A stretch of 64,000 nucleotides of DNA from Octopus bimaculoides. Taxonomy: Eukaryota. Numbering within the stretch: the first letter of the stretch is position 1; every line of letters begins with the position of its first letter. Positions 52,591 to 64,000 of this stretch are shown here, piece after piece. A model generated the notes under the pieces. That model saw only the letters and a program-made list of their open reading frames with translations, was not told the origin of the DNA and searched no databases. The DNA lies in NCBI RefSeq assembly GCF_001194135.2, contig NC_068985.1:9867547-9931546 (forward strand). The letters run 5' to 3'. Both the position numbers and the translations under genes were made by a program.

Positions 52591-53667
52591 TTCGTGTTTT
52601 TTTATTGCTGTTGTTGTTATTACTATTATTATTTTTAAAGATTGTGAATTAGCAGAATCCTGAGACCCTTTTGTCTTGTAAGGTACTTGGTGATAGTACC
52701 ACATAAAAAGTGCCAGTGCTGGTGCCATGTGAAAAGCACCCTGTACACTCTGTAAAGTGGATGGCATTAGGAAGGCCATCCAGCTGGCAATGAAGCTTGG
52801 TATGGCCCCTGTCCTTGCCTGCTCCTGTCAAACCATCCAACCCATGCCGGCATGGAAAACGGATGTTAGATGATGATAATGATGATGATCTGCTTTTTAA
52901 TGAAGTGGTCTTTGGTTCAGTCCTTCTGCATGTCACCTTGGGCAAGTGTCTTCTATTATAGCACCCAACCAACTAAAGCCCTGTGCGTGGACATGGTACA
53001 CGGAAACTGAAAGAAGCCCATTTGATATGTATATATATATATATATTTATGGGCACAGGTGTGGCTGTGAGGTAAGAATTTGCTTCCAAACCACATGGTT
53101 CCAGGTTCAGTCTTACTGCATGACACCTTGGTCAATCTTCTTCCTCTATAGCCTTGGGCTGACCAAAGCCTTGTGAGTGGATTTGGTAGATGGAAACTGA
53201 ATGAAACCTGTCGTGTATATGCACATGTGTGTGTGTGTTCTATACTGACATGAGTTAGGTGAATCCTAGGAATGTGGGGTAGTTATGACAACTGACATAA
53301 CTGCTTAAAAAGATTTTCCCTGAGTTATTCTAGTTTATAAGAGTTTATTAGTTAATTAGTGAAATGGGTTAAAGAAATTATGTTGATGTCTGTTTAGAGT
53401 TACTGATAGTATTACACTGAGATGGTTTAATATGCAAGTTACTTTGAGTTTTACTGGCATTCCATCTGTTATGATGTGTGTTCCAGTTGATCCGATCAAT
53501 GGAGGAGCCTGCCTGTGTAATTACTGTGCCATGTGACTGAGCACTCAACAGATGCGCGTATCATTAACATAATTTTCAGAGAGATTCAGCGTGACACAGA
53601 ATAAGACAAGCCTGGCCCTTTGAAATACGGGCACTGCTCATTGTTACCAGCTGACTTGGACTGGAGC

Positions 53668-54064
53668 GACATGGCAGGATCGTTAGCACGCCGGGCGAAA
53701 TGCTTAGCAGTATTTCGTCTGTCGTTACGTTCTGAGTTCAAATTCCACCAAGGTTGACTTTGCCTTTCATCCATTTGGGGGGTCGATAAATTAAGTACTG
53801 GGATCAATCTAATCGACTGATCCCCTCCGCCAAAAAATTTCGAACCTTGTTCCTAGAGGAGAAAAGAATATTTCTGTAAACTAAGGTGATGAGCTGGCAG
53901 AAACGTTAGCATGCCGGGCGAATTCAAATTCCTTTGAGGTTGACTTTGCCTTTCATCCTTTCAAGTTGATAAATTAAGTACCAGTTGCATACTGGGGTTG
54001 ATCCAATTGACTGGCCCGCTCCACTCCTCCCAAACTTTTGGGCCTTGTGCCTAGAGTAGAAAAG
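53668..54064 (+). mobile_element. Two tandem SINE family A copies directly upstream of the EXOSC4 pseudo-exon
   Basis: gttagcacgccgggcgaaatgcttagc...gagttcaaattcc..., followed by a second, internally deleted copy from ~53882. Confidence 0.75.
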
Positions 54065-54125
54065 AATGTGTTCATTAGTACTCAGGTATTACTGTATACC
54101 TTTGCTAGTTTATATTTTGAGATAT

Positions 54126-54376
54126 CTAGCTATCACTAATGCTTGTATTCCCATCAAAGACTGCCCCCTTCCCCAAATACCGCTAAGCATCAAAGACTAT
54201 GTATGTGCCTGCTCAGCTAGTTTTGTTAAAATGAGACCCCTTCCCTGGTAGATATGAGCTATCTAGAGGAGTCGTCTGGCATTCCTGAATTGATCACAGC
54301 CATTCTACCTCAATCAGAGGAGGTGGTACTGCTAGAGATGAACTCTCGTCTGCCTGAAGACAACTTGAAGAAAGTT
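54126..54376 (+). pseudogene. EXOSC4: Degenerate partial duplicate of EXOSC4 exon 3 (copy of 54474-54683)
   Basis: Roughly 95% identical by eye. It has a 25-nt insertion flanked by a duplicated catcaaagact, a frameshift/stop near 54230-54251, and lacks the exon 5' end. Confidence 0.9.
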
Positions 54377-54422
54377 GCAATTATTATTCCAATTTATTAT
54401 TTTTGCTTTTCTTCTTCTTCAG

Positions 54423-54791
54423 GTGTTGCAATCAGATGGTGGTAATTACTGTGCATGTGTGAACGCAGCTACCCTAGCTATCATCGACGCTGGTATTCCC
54501 ATCAAAGACTATGTATGTGCCTGCTCAGCTGGTTTTGTTAACGAGACCCCACTGGTAGATATGAGCTATCTAGAGGAGTCGTCTGGCATTCCTGAACTGA
54601 TCACAGCCATTCTACCTCAATCGGAGGAGGTGGTACTGCTAGAGATGAACTCTCGTCTACATGAAGACAACTTGAAGAAAGTTCTTAACCAAGCTACCAA
54701 AGGTTGTAAAGACATTTACCAAATCCTTAACGAAGCTGTACGGCATCACTTACAAGATGTTGTTCTTTCTGTTGGAATAAATAATGATTAA
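54423..54791 (+). CDS. EXOSC4: Exosome component RRP41, exon 3 (last; 122 aa plus stop)
   Basis: VLQSDGGNYCACVNAATLAIIDAGIPIKDYVCACSAG...LLEMNSRLHED. Acceptor ttcttcttcttcag. Total protein 248 aa. Confidence 0.96.
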   Translation: MLQSDGGNYCACVNAATLAIIDAGIPIKDYVCACSAGFVNETPLVDMSYLEESSGIPELITAILPQSEEVVLLEMNSRLHEDNLKKVLNQATKGCKDIYQILNEAVRHHLQDVVLSVGINND

Positions 54792-55574
54792 TTTATTGTG
54801 TTTATTTTTTTTTTTGATTATAAAAAAAGACATTGGCTTTAGGAAAGGCATCCAGCTATAGAAACTCTGCCAAAGCAGACCCTGGATTTCAGTGCAATTC
54901 TCTTACCTGTCAATTCCTGTGGAACCTTGTGTCATCTTCAAGAATTGTGTTAAAATATTGACCATCATAATTCACTTCAGCTACCCCTTTCCCTCCTTTA
55001 AAAACCCCTTTTCACAATTCCTGCTTTTGCTATCTTCTCTCTCACTATCTTCTCTATTTTTTGCATTTATTTTTCCATTGATCTTCATTCTATTTTAAAT
55101 ATATGTATGTATGTATATATGTATGTATATGTTATTTATTTGGGGAACAGATCCAATTCCCTAGATCAAACAGATCAATCTGTGCAGCTGTTGTCTGTCA
55201 CCATGCTTATACAATTCTATGGGAATACCATCTTGTCCAGGAGCTTTACCATTAGAAAATATTTTAATAGCAGTACTTATGTCATTCAAGGAAGTATTTT
55301 CCACAGGTTCCTCAATTATAGACCTCTGAAGGATTTCATGGATTATTTCAGGATCGGTAGAGGAATCTTAATTTAATATGGATTTAAAGTGTTCAGCCCA
55401 TCTTTTCAGAATTTCATTTTTGCTACTGAAAAGTTTTGATCTGTTGTTAAAAAGAATAGGTTCCATACTCCCCTTTTTTGGATCAAATACACCTTTCAGA
55501 TTGTGATACAATTCTCTCAAGTTGTGAGGGTTATCAACCTGTTCTAATTCTTGGGTCTTTTTGCCTGCCAAGAA

Positions 55575-56052
55575 TTTTTTGTTTTTTCATGCTGGTGGCA
55601 CGTAAAAAGCACTATCCAAATGGATCGATACCAGGGCCACCTGACTGGCTCCCATGCCAGTGGCATGTAAAAAGCACCATCTGAATGTGATCGATACTAG
55701 GGCCGCCTGACTGGCTCCCATGCTGGTGGCATGTAAAAAACACCATTCAAACATGGCCGATGCAAGTGCCCCCGACTGGCTCCTGTGCCAGTGGTACGTA
55801 AAAAGCACTATTTGAATGTGATCGATGCCAGGTCTGCCTGACTGGCTCCTGTGCCGGTGGCACGTAAAAAGCACCAACTACACTCTTGGAGTGGTTGACG
55901 TTAGGAAGGGCATCCAGCTGTATAACTTTGCCAGATCAGATTGGAGCCTGGTGCAGCCACTGGCTCACCAGTCCTCAGTCAAACCATCCAACCCATGCCA
56001 GCATGGAAAGCGGGCGTTAAACGACGATGACGACGACGATGATGATGATGAT
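55575..56052 (+). mobile_element. Family C element with ~4.4 units of 65-66 bp
   Basis: Unit: rtgcyrgtggcaygtaaaaagcacya...ctgactggctccy, followed by the RTE-type tail and a (GAC/GAT)n end. Confidence 0.85.
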
Positions 56053-57541
56053 TTTCAATGGTGCTCCAACATGCTTTCAGGGATTACAGTGAAGGTGTAA
56101 AATTTCAGCTTTGCACAGATGGAGTTCTACTAATCTTAAAAGGGCAAAGTTTCGGATAAAAAAAAATCAAAGAGATTCTACGAGACTTCCTGTTTGCTGA
56201 TACATTTTAGGAAATTCAAGAAATAATTGACAGTTTTGCTGCAGCAGCTTGTGCATTTGGACTATCTACATCAAATGGTAGACTAACCCCTATACTGGAA
56301 ACTGACTGGATAATGATAATCTATGTGGAGCTCTAACTCATACAGTAGAAGTCGTACATCTAACTATACTCAGAAGATATACGGCGTGGATGATATTTTC
56401 AATAGAAACGTTACAACTGTATCTGATTGTTCATATACTTCAATACTGAGTATGTATATATATTTACTCTATTGCTGACATTTATCAAGTTCCTCCCATT
56501 GTTTTGATGCGCCGTTTTCTACCGTTAATAAAAACTCATTTTTTTTTTTACTACACGGGTATACTAGTAATTTCATATCTGCAATATTTCGCAATTCTAA
56601 TGGTATTGGCGAATCGAGTTCCCAGTATGTTTTAGATCTCTTGCCTGTAACTCTTTTATTTCATTTATATTGTTAATTCCCAAGATAACCTTCAGTAATT
56701 CACTCTTGGAACGGTGGATTTCGAATCACATAAAACTATGAACAACAGCATATAAATATTGGTTTGAATAATACTTTTGGATAGAAAAAAAAGTCGAAGG
56801 GAGATCCACCATTTCAAAAGAATTATTTCACGTTCTCCTGAACGTTTATAAATTCTTGCGACGTCAACAAAATTTTGCTTGGTTTTTACCTGACTTATCC
56901 TTTCTCCCAATCTGGAAGAGTAAAAGACAAGCGAATCTCCGTGTCTACCCGTCCGTAACAACATTAATAAACGGGAGGGAATGACGGGGAGGAATCAAGG
57001 TATACGTCACAATGTATTTTTAGAAGAAGGGGAGGAGAAAAAGTTATCGAGAGAGAAAAAGTGTGTCAAAGATAGTAAGATAGAGTTAGTGCTGTCACCA
57101 AAAAAGTCAATCTAAGCATTATTTGCATAACTTATGAAGGTACGGGCATGATTTTGTCCGGCAGCGTATCAACGGGTTTGAACTAGTTTCCTATGAACCT
57201 GAGGCCTTAAAAAATTGTTTTATGACATTTTAACGTTTTCGCTTGAGACTATTTTTCATGCAAGAAACTATTTTCTTGTGACGTCATAATTTGAGTCCTT
57301 TCTCAAACCGATATATAGGATCTTTCTGATTTGGCAGACACTACTTGTTTTCTTAACGAAACACTTTCAAACTTGGGACACTGGTAGAATGTGTCATATA
57401 AAACATCTTTTACTCTTAGTGTTGTTGAGAAAAGTTTCTATTTTTAAAGTTATTTCGTGTTAAAATACGTTTTTATTTGTTCATATATACATACACGTAA
57501 GTATGTGTTCTTAAAAATGTGTATGTGCTATTATGTAAGTA

Positions 57542-57911
57542 TTGTTGTTGGCACTCCGTCGCTTACGACGTCGAGGGTTCCAGTTGATCCGATCAACGGA
57601 ACAGCCTACTCGGGAAATTAACGTGCAAGTGGCTGAGCACTCCACAGACACGTGTACTCTTAACGTAGTTCTCGGGGATATGCAGCGTGACACAGTGTGA
57701 CAAGGCTGACCCTTTGAATTACAGGCACAACAGAAACAGGAAGTAAGAGTGAGAGAAAGTTATGGTGAAAGAGTACAGGAGGGTTCGCCACCATCCCCTG
57801 CCGGAGCCTCGTGGAGCTTTAGGCATTTTCGCTCAATAAACACTCACAACGCCCGGTCTGGGAATCGAAACCGCGAGTCCACTGACCTAACCACTGGGCC
57901 ATTGCGCCTCC
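57542..57911 (-). mobile_element. SINE family D, full length
   Basis: Reverse complement of 59923-60316, with an (AAC)n tail. Confidence 0.85.
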
Positions 57912-58511
57912 GTTTATGTAAGTATAAGCTTGGAGAAAACACTCTTACCAGAATACCAAATGATTTATCTGCTACATGGTCGGTAAAATATCCCAACGTT
58001 GTTGGTGTTCAATTTAATAAACAAGACACTATAGAATTCCATGTTGGTGTCCACTGAAGTATGACTCCATCCGTTCACCCACCTTTTGTACCCACTATTC
58101 CTAGGAGAGTCATGGAGATAGAGTCTTCAGGCTCCTCTTCCATAAGGACTTGACAGAAGCAACCGTCATTACACTTTCTGGTCAGATTCCCAAGCGTGAC
58201 CAGCTCAGACTATTATCCAACAATCTCGTTTTCTTGATCTGCCCCTGCATCTGTTTCCTGTCGGTTGGCTCGGCTTGAAGAGCAGCCCGTCTTGCAATTC
58301 TTTCCTGTGACTTTCTAATCACATGTCCGTAATATAGGAGTTGCGACATCTCAAGGCGGAGAAATAATGGCTTGACAAAGAGAGGCTCCCCGATCTCCAA
58401 GCTATACACCCTTGTCGAGTAACGTTATTCCAAAGACCAACCCTTCAGAGGAACCCCATATCGGTCGCTTGTATTCGCGATCGTATTCTTTCGGTCAATA
58501 TCCACTCTACG

Positions 58512-58730
58512 AAGGCGGTGAGCTGGCAGAATCGTTAGCACGCCGGGCGAAATGCTTAGCGGTATTTCGTCTGCCGCTACGTTCTGAGTTCAAATTCCGC
58601 CGAGGTCGACTTTTCCTTTCATCCTTTCGGGGTCGATAAATTAAGTACCAGTTGAGTACTAGGGTCGATGTAATCGACTAGCCGGCCTCCCTTAAAATTT
58701 CAGGCCTTGTGCCTATAGTAGAAAGGATTA
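58512..58730 (+). mobile_element. SINE family A, well preserved
   Basis: Near-identical to 67-284. Confidence 0.8.
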
Positions 58731-59922
58731 CCCACTCTACGGCAAGTCTTCGAGAAATCGTGGGAATGTTACCAAGAGATGTACGCTTTCTTAGTAGACT
58801 TCAAAAAAACATGTGACTGTGTGCCGCGGAACAGGCTGTTGAGGGTTTTGTAAGAGATTGGAGTTAATGGGTAACTTCTGGTTACTGAGAAGTCCCTATA
58901 CAAACGTCCAGATGTTTGTGTTCAAGTTAATGGTGCTATGTCGAAATCTTTCAATGTGGGGGAAGTAATCCTGAACATTTGAAATACAAGCAACGTTTGG
59001 ACTTTGTTAAGAAAATACAACCATTATGACGTCACAATAGAAACTACAAAATAGCAAAGCTCTGACTTAATTTATTGTATACGTGTTGTAACGTAATTTG
59101 TAACGTACAATAAATAAGATAACCAGACGACAGCAAAAAACAATGTAACGAACTAACAAACCTCTTTACGAACCAACAACCAATATTCTTTGTGAATTAA
59201 CCAACCGACAACTTCCGACTTCACTCGACTCTGAACCTTGAACTCATTCAGATCGTTACTATTTTATACTTTACTCGGACTAGTCTGTCTGTCGCAAGGG
59301 GGCGTCGTAACTCTCATCACAACAATCTGAAACGTGTACGATTCGTTCTAACATATTTCTCAATGAATTTTGACAGATTAAAACATCCAATCGGCACGCA
59401 CAGGAATGGTCATGTGACCACACGCAGAAAAGAAAAAAAAGCCTTGCTGGAACCAAAAATGGACTATTTAAGGCTAAACAGCCAAATGTTGAAAATCGCA
59501 TTGTTACAACTCTGTAAAGTCGTTGGCGTTTGGAAGGAAATTCAGCTGTAAGAACCAAGCCAAAACAGGCTATGGCACTCGGTGCGACCCCTGGTCTTAC
59601 CGGACGCTATCAAACTGTCCAACCCGTGCCAGCATAGAAAATGACGATAATAGATTGCATTGGAAAAACATTCAAAGTAAGATGTTATAATCTTGTCGGT
59701 GTTCCATACATGGCTTTGAACGCGACTTATTCCTTCTGTGGTTTGTATTCTTCCTTTCAAGGGTCCATGTATGACCTGGGTGAAATGTTCTATTTTTATT
59801 TTATTTTATTGTAGTATCAAGTTGTACGAGTGTGTGTGTGTTTTCCGTAGACTTCTATGTATTTGTGTGCATGTAAGAGTGGGTATGTTTAGCTTCTTAT
59901 ATTTTTATGGATATGTATGAAA

Positions 59923-60316
59923 GTGGAGGCGCAATGGCCCAGTGGTTAGGGCAGTGGACTCGCGGTCATAGGATCGCGGTTTTGATTCCCAGACCGGGCG
60001 TTGTGAGTGTTTATTGAGCGAAAACGCCTAAAACTCCATGAGGCGCTGGCAGGGGATGGTGACGAGCCCTGCTGTACTCTTCCACCACAACTTTCTCTCA
60101 CTCTTTCTTTCTGTTTCTGTTGTGCCTGTAATTCAATGAGTCAGCCTTGTCACACTGTGTCACGCTGAATATCCCCGAGAACTACGTTAAGGGTACACGT
60201 GTCTGTGGAGTGCTCAGCCACTTGCACGTTAATTTCACGAGCAGGCTGTTCCGTCGATCGGATGAACTGGAACCCTCGACGTCGTAAGCGACGGAGTGCC
60301 AACAACAACAACAACA
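59923..60316 (+). mobile_element. SINE family D, full length
   Basis: A box tggcccagtgg and B-box-like ggttttgattccc. 3' hairpin cgtcgtaagcgacg and (AAC)n tail. A 5'-only copy lies at 45021-45205. Confidence 0.85.
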
Positions 60317-61064
60317 ATTTTTCTGGGTATGTATGAAAATTGTAATGAGTTCTACATTAAAGTACGCTGAAAAAAATGAAACAAATAAAAAGACAAAAAC
60401 GAAAAAGAAACAATAAAAGACAAATTCCAAATTAACAAAAGAAAAGCTCACAGAATTAAATTCTTGAAACCATTTTATTAGTGCCACATCGCATTTGATT
60501 CTTCTCGAGGAATCTGTTTCACAGTTGCATGCATTCGGTGTTTTGTCCATCGGGGTTTAACTTTGTTTTTCATATTCCTTGTTTTAAAATAATGAGTGTA
60601 ACGTGTCTAAGAACAAAATGTTAATTTATTTAGGGTAACGAAGTGGTTAGCAGCTGTAGATCACCGGATTAAATCTCTTAAAATATTGGCTTAAAAAATT
60701 GGCACAAGGCCAGCAATTTTGTGGGGAACGATTAAGTCAATTACATCGACCCCAGTACTGAACTGAAACGATGAAAAGCAATGTCGACCTTGGCGGCATT
60801 TGAACTCGGTACGTAAAGACGAACGAAATGCTGCCAAGCATTTTACTCAGTGTGTTAACGTTTCTGCCAGCTTTCTGTCTTCAAATGCCTTAAAATATTG
60901 TTCAGTTCCTCCAGCTTTTAAGTTTATAGTCGGCAGCCGGAGTTGACTTAGTTTTGTAGCTCTCTAAAATGTGAAGATATCCATAAGTGCCAGTCGATAT
61001 TTCTCTCATACACGCTATGGCCTGTAGCCAATGAACGAAGTAGTTTATTTTATTCTTTGGTATA

Positions 61065-62940
61065 TTAATTCCTCGGGCATTTACATCCGCCCTCCTTATT
61101 ACTACTCAACGTACTCGCCCTTTGAAGCATGTCTTTGACAGCTGCTAAACGAGTATTTAGGAGTTCAGACATACATTCTTCAATGCATTCTGATTGTATA
61201 CTCCCAGAATCACTATGGTCAATATGTGAAGCCGAGTCATCAATGTCCGTCTTTTCACTTTGTACAGATTGATTACGTTTGGATACTGTAATATGTAAAC
61301 TCTCACTACATCGAGATGAAGTTTCTTGGAACTTATTTCGAAACTGAGTGCGTGTGTTTTGATTCTTGAATTGACAGGGACCTACCGTTTCGTTGTGCGC
61401 ATTCTGTTTAGATATTTCTTCAAGGTTTGTAGATTTCTGACTAATTTCTCTTGAATGATTCTCTGTCTGGACATCATTGCTTTTGTTTTGGAGAGGAACT
61501 GGGTTAGAAATTAGTTTATTTCGAATGGAACAAATGCAGCTGTTAACGTCATCACCATATAAATTGGATTCCTCTATTCTTGAATCAGACCTATCAACAG
61601 AATTAAAAGATTTCATAATCCATTGTTGTGTGTTTGCAGCTTTTGCAGAGATGCTTTCCTCTGACTGAAAGTCAAACAACGATTCAGAGGCTGTGACGAA
61701 ACCAGATGGGTTAAACAAAGAATCACCGGAGGCAGAGGTCGAAACTAACTCACCCTCGCGAGTACACGGACAAAGGAAATCTGAAAAGCCGTCATTCGAA
61801 CTTGAGGTACTTTCTTGTTTTCTCATTATCGTCTGATCCACCTGAAAAGTGAAATGTTTATTGTGTATAAAGAAAGGACTGAATTTCTCGGCGGCATTAT
61901 CGAAATCATTTAGCTGAAGGTTTTCCGAGTTAGCTTCGCTATTAATATGTGGCATGATCGTTAGGGAGGTGAGGGATGCGGTATCAGAAGCAAAAAAATG
62001 GTCGGGTGGGTGAGGAAATTCTTCTATTGAATATATAAACTCATCGTCATTCTCTTCGCCACTATTGCGTTGTTCGTCACTCGAGCTGCTTAGACTATCG
62101 TCGTCTTCATTACCACTGTCTTCATAAAAAATCAGAGGATTGACTTTTGTTATCATCTGATTATTATCTAACTCCGACGGTAAAATAGTCATATAGAAAT
62201 TACCGACGGTTTTTGCCGAGTCCGCATCTCTGACATTTCGGAACGACTTTCCACATTTATTCTCCGTTGATTTAAAGGGATTAACTTTTTTATCATTTCT
62301 ATTTCCATAAGCAGCAGCCAATCCAATAGGATTAACGTTTTCAGAGTCACAATGATTACATGGCAGACGACCTACGTTTCCATTATTAGACGGACAGTTA
62401 AAAAAGGATTTGATGTTATTTGCTTTGCATTCAGTCGACAAATCTACATTTCCGTTTTGTAACAGTGCAAATTCTGATTTATCGGAATGTTCTGACGTCT
62501 GCAGCTCTCTTTGTGAACAAATTTCCGATTCAATATTTATTTTAGGATATCTTGTTCTATCACCGCTGTCTATTGACAAAATGCAGCTTTGTTTCTTTCG
62601 TTTCTTTTTCTCTCGACGACATTTCCAATTTAAACTGACACGACCCGTTAACCTTTGACACTGACAAGTGTGAGGCATTTCACTCCAGAACCATGCCGAG
62701 TTCACATGGTTTTTCTCAGTGCATATCTTAAGCGTATTCGAAGGTTCCTTAATTTCATCTTCTACATCAGAAGCGTAGCCGGTACTCGTGCCAGTACTGG
62801 AGTATCTATAAGTGGTCTCCGTCGCTTTGCTACTGTTTCTTTCATCACTTCTACTGCATCTGTTGATTTGGCGATCTCGGGTCCCTTGTCGAAAACCGTT
62901 GTATTTCTGAATAATGAGCATTGGACTGCTATCATCCAGC
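61065..62940 (-). CDS. Large terminal coding exon of an unidentified Ser/Asp/Glu/Asn-rich protein (~624 codons); upstream exons not identified
   Basis: 1.87-kb open frame in ~35% GC DNA. Strong acceptor ttttattccctctttaattcaacag at 62941-62942 with the frame open from it (phase 2). Stop at 61065-61067. Confidence 0.8.
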
Positions 62941-63204
62941 CTGTTGAATTAAAGAGGGAATAAAAATTTAGAATTATTAAAATATTGGTTTCAAATTTTG
63001 GCACGAGGCCAGCAAATTCGAGGGAAAGGTTAAGTCGATTATCTCGACCCTACTGCTCAATCGGTACTTATTTTTATCGATCTCGAAAAGCTGAAAGGCA
63101 AAATCGGCCTCGGCGGAATTTGAACTTAGAATGTAAAGGCGGAAGAAATGCCGCTAAGCGTTTAGACGGTGTGCTAACGATTCTGCCAACAAGCCGCTAT
63201 AAAC

Positions 63205-63373
63205 TTACTCTTTTACTTGTTTCAGTCATTTGACTGTGGCCTTTAGTCGAGCAAATTTACCCTAGGACTTATTCTTTGTAAGCCTAGTACTCATTCTATC
63301 AGTCTCTTTTGCCGAACCTCTAAGTTACAGGGACGTACACACACCACCATCGGTTGTCAAGTGATGTCGGGGG

Positions 63374-63450
<77 letters not shown>

Positions 63451-63600
63451 GACGGGCTTCTTTCGGTTACCAAATCTACTCAATGCTTTGGTCAGCCCGA
63501 GGCTATAGTAGAAGACACTTGCCCAAGGTGTCACGCAGTGGGACTGAACCCGGAACCATGTGGTTGGTAAGCAAGCTACTTACCACACAGCCACTCCTGC
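63205..63600 (-). mobile_element. SINE family B with a long (CA)n; a further truncated copy at 63757-64000
   Basis: Reverse complement of the family B structure. Confidence 0.8.
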
Positions 63601-64000
63601 ACCTTCCTGCATATGAGGGCTTGCGAGAATAAAGGGCACAATTCATCCACTTCTCACAAACTTATATAAAAGGGATCGAAATAAATGATTTGCAGTTTGA
63701 ACTTTTCTAGCTCTTTGCGAGTTAACGTTACTACTTTTTTTTACTCTTTTGCTCTTTTACTCTTTTACTCTTTTACTCTTTTACTCTTTTACTTGTTTCA
63801 GTCATTTGACTGTGGCCATGCTGGAGCACCGCATTTAGTCGAAGAAATCGACCCTAGGGCTTATTCTTTGTAAGCCTAGTACTTATACTATCGTTCTGTT
63901 TTGCCGAACCGCTAAGTTTCGGGGACATAAACACACCAACATCGATGTCAAGTGATGGTGGGAGGATCGGACAAACACAGACACAAAGACACACACACAC

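Noticed and set aside
55579-55875. CRISPR-like appearance of the 66-bp arrays (conserved hairpin part plus a more variable part)
   Set aside because: The variable parts are homologous to each other rather than unique spacers. The arrays sit inside a eukaryotic retroposon and there are no cas genes.
57279-59034. Additional TGACGTCA (CRE) sites at 57279 and 59027
   Set aside because: They lie in repeat-like sequence with no adjacent exon evidence.
59923-59995. Possible genuine tRNA genes at SINE heads (also 45021, 16286 and 12063)
   Set aside because: Acceptor and anticodon stems are incomplete, and each head is fused to a repeated SINE body.

Overview
AT-rich, repeat-dense animal genomic window. 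The SINE/LINE repertoire and microsatellite load suggest a coleoid cephalopod, probably Octopus (inference). It has four N-gaps. Four protein-coding genes are supported. (1) KAT5/Tip60 (+, 8382-9854) has its whole CDS in one exon behind a 5'-UTR splice acceptor, so it is retrogene-like. (2) INTS15/C7orf26 (-, six coding exons, 33051 to 21765, 408 aa). (3) EXOSC4/Rrp41 (+, three exons, 46779-54791, 248 aa) has a recent degenerate copy of most of exon 3 just upstream of the real exon. (4) A large terminal coding exon of an unidentified low-complexity protein (-, 62940-61065). The rest is tRNA-derived SINEs, an RTE-tailed element with internal ~66-bp repeats, RTE and CR1/L2 LINE fragments, mariner remnants (one a palindromic foldback), MITEs and microsatellites. 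The most notable unexpected signal is a set of minimal type I hammerhead-ribozyme motifs in three unrelated short elements. One lies downstream of a tRNA-type Pol III head (16070-16356), and the others sit in elements abutting (TA)n. All calls were made by eye, without alignments or database searches; percent identities are estimates.
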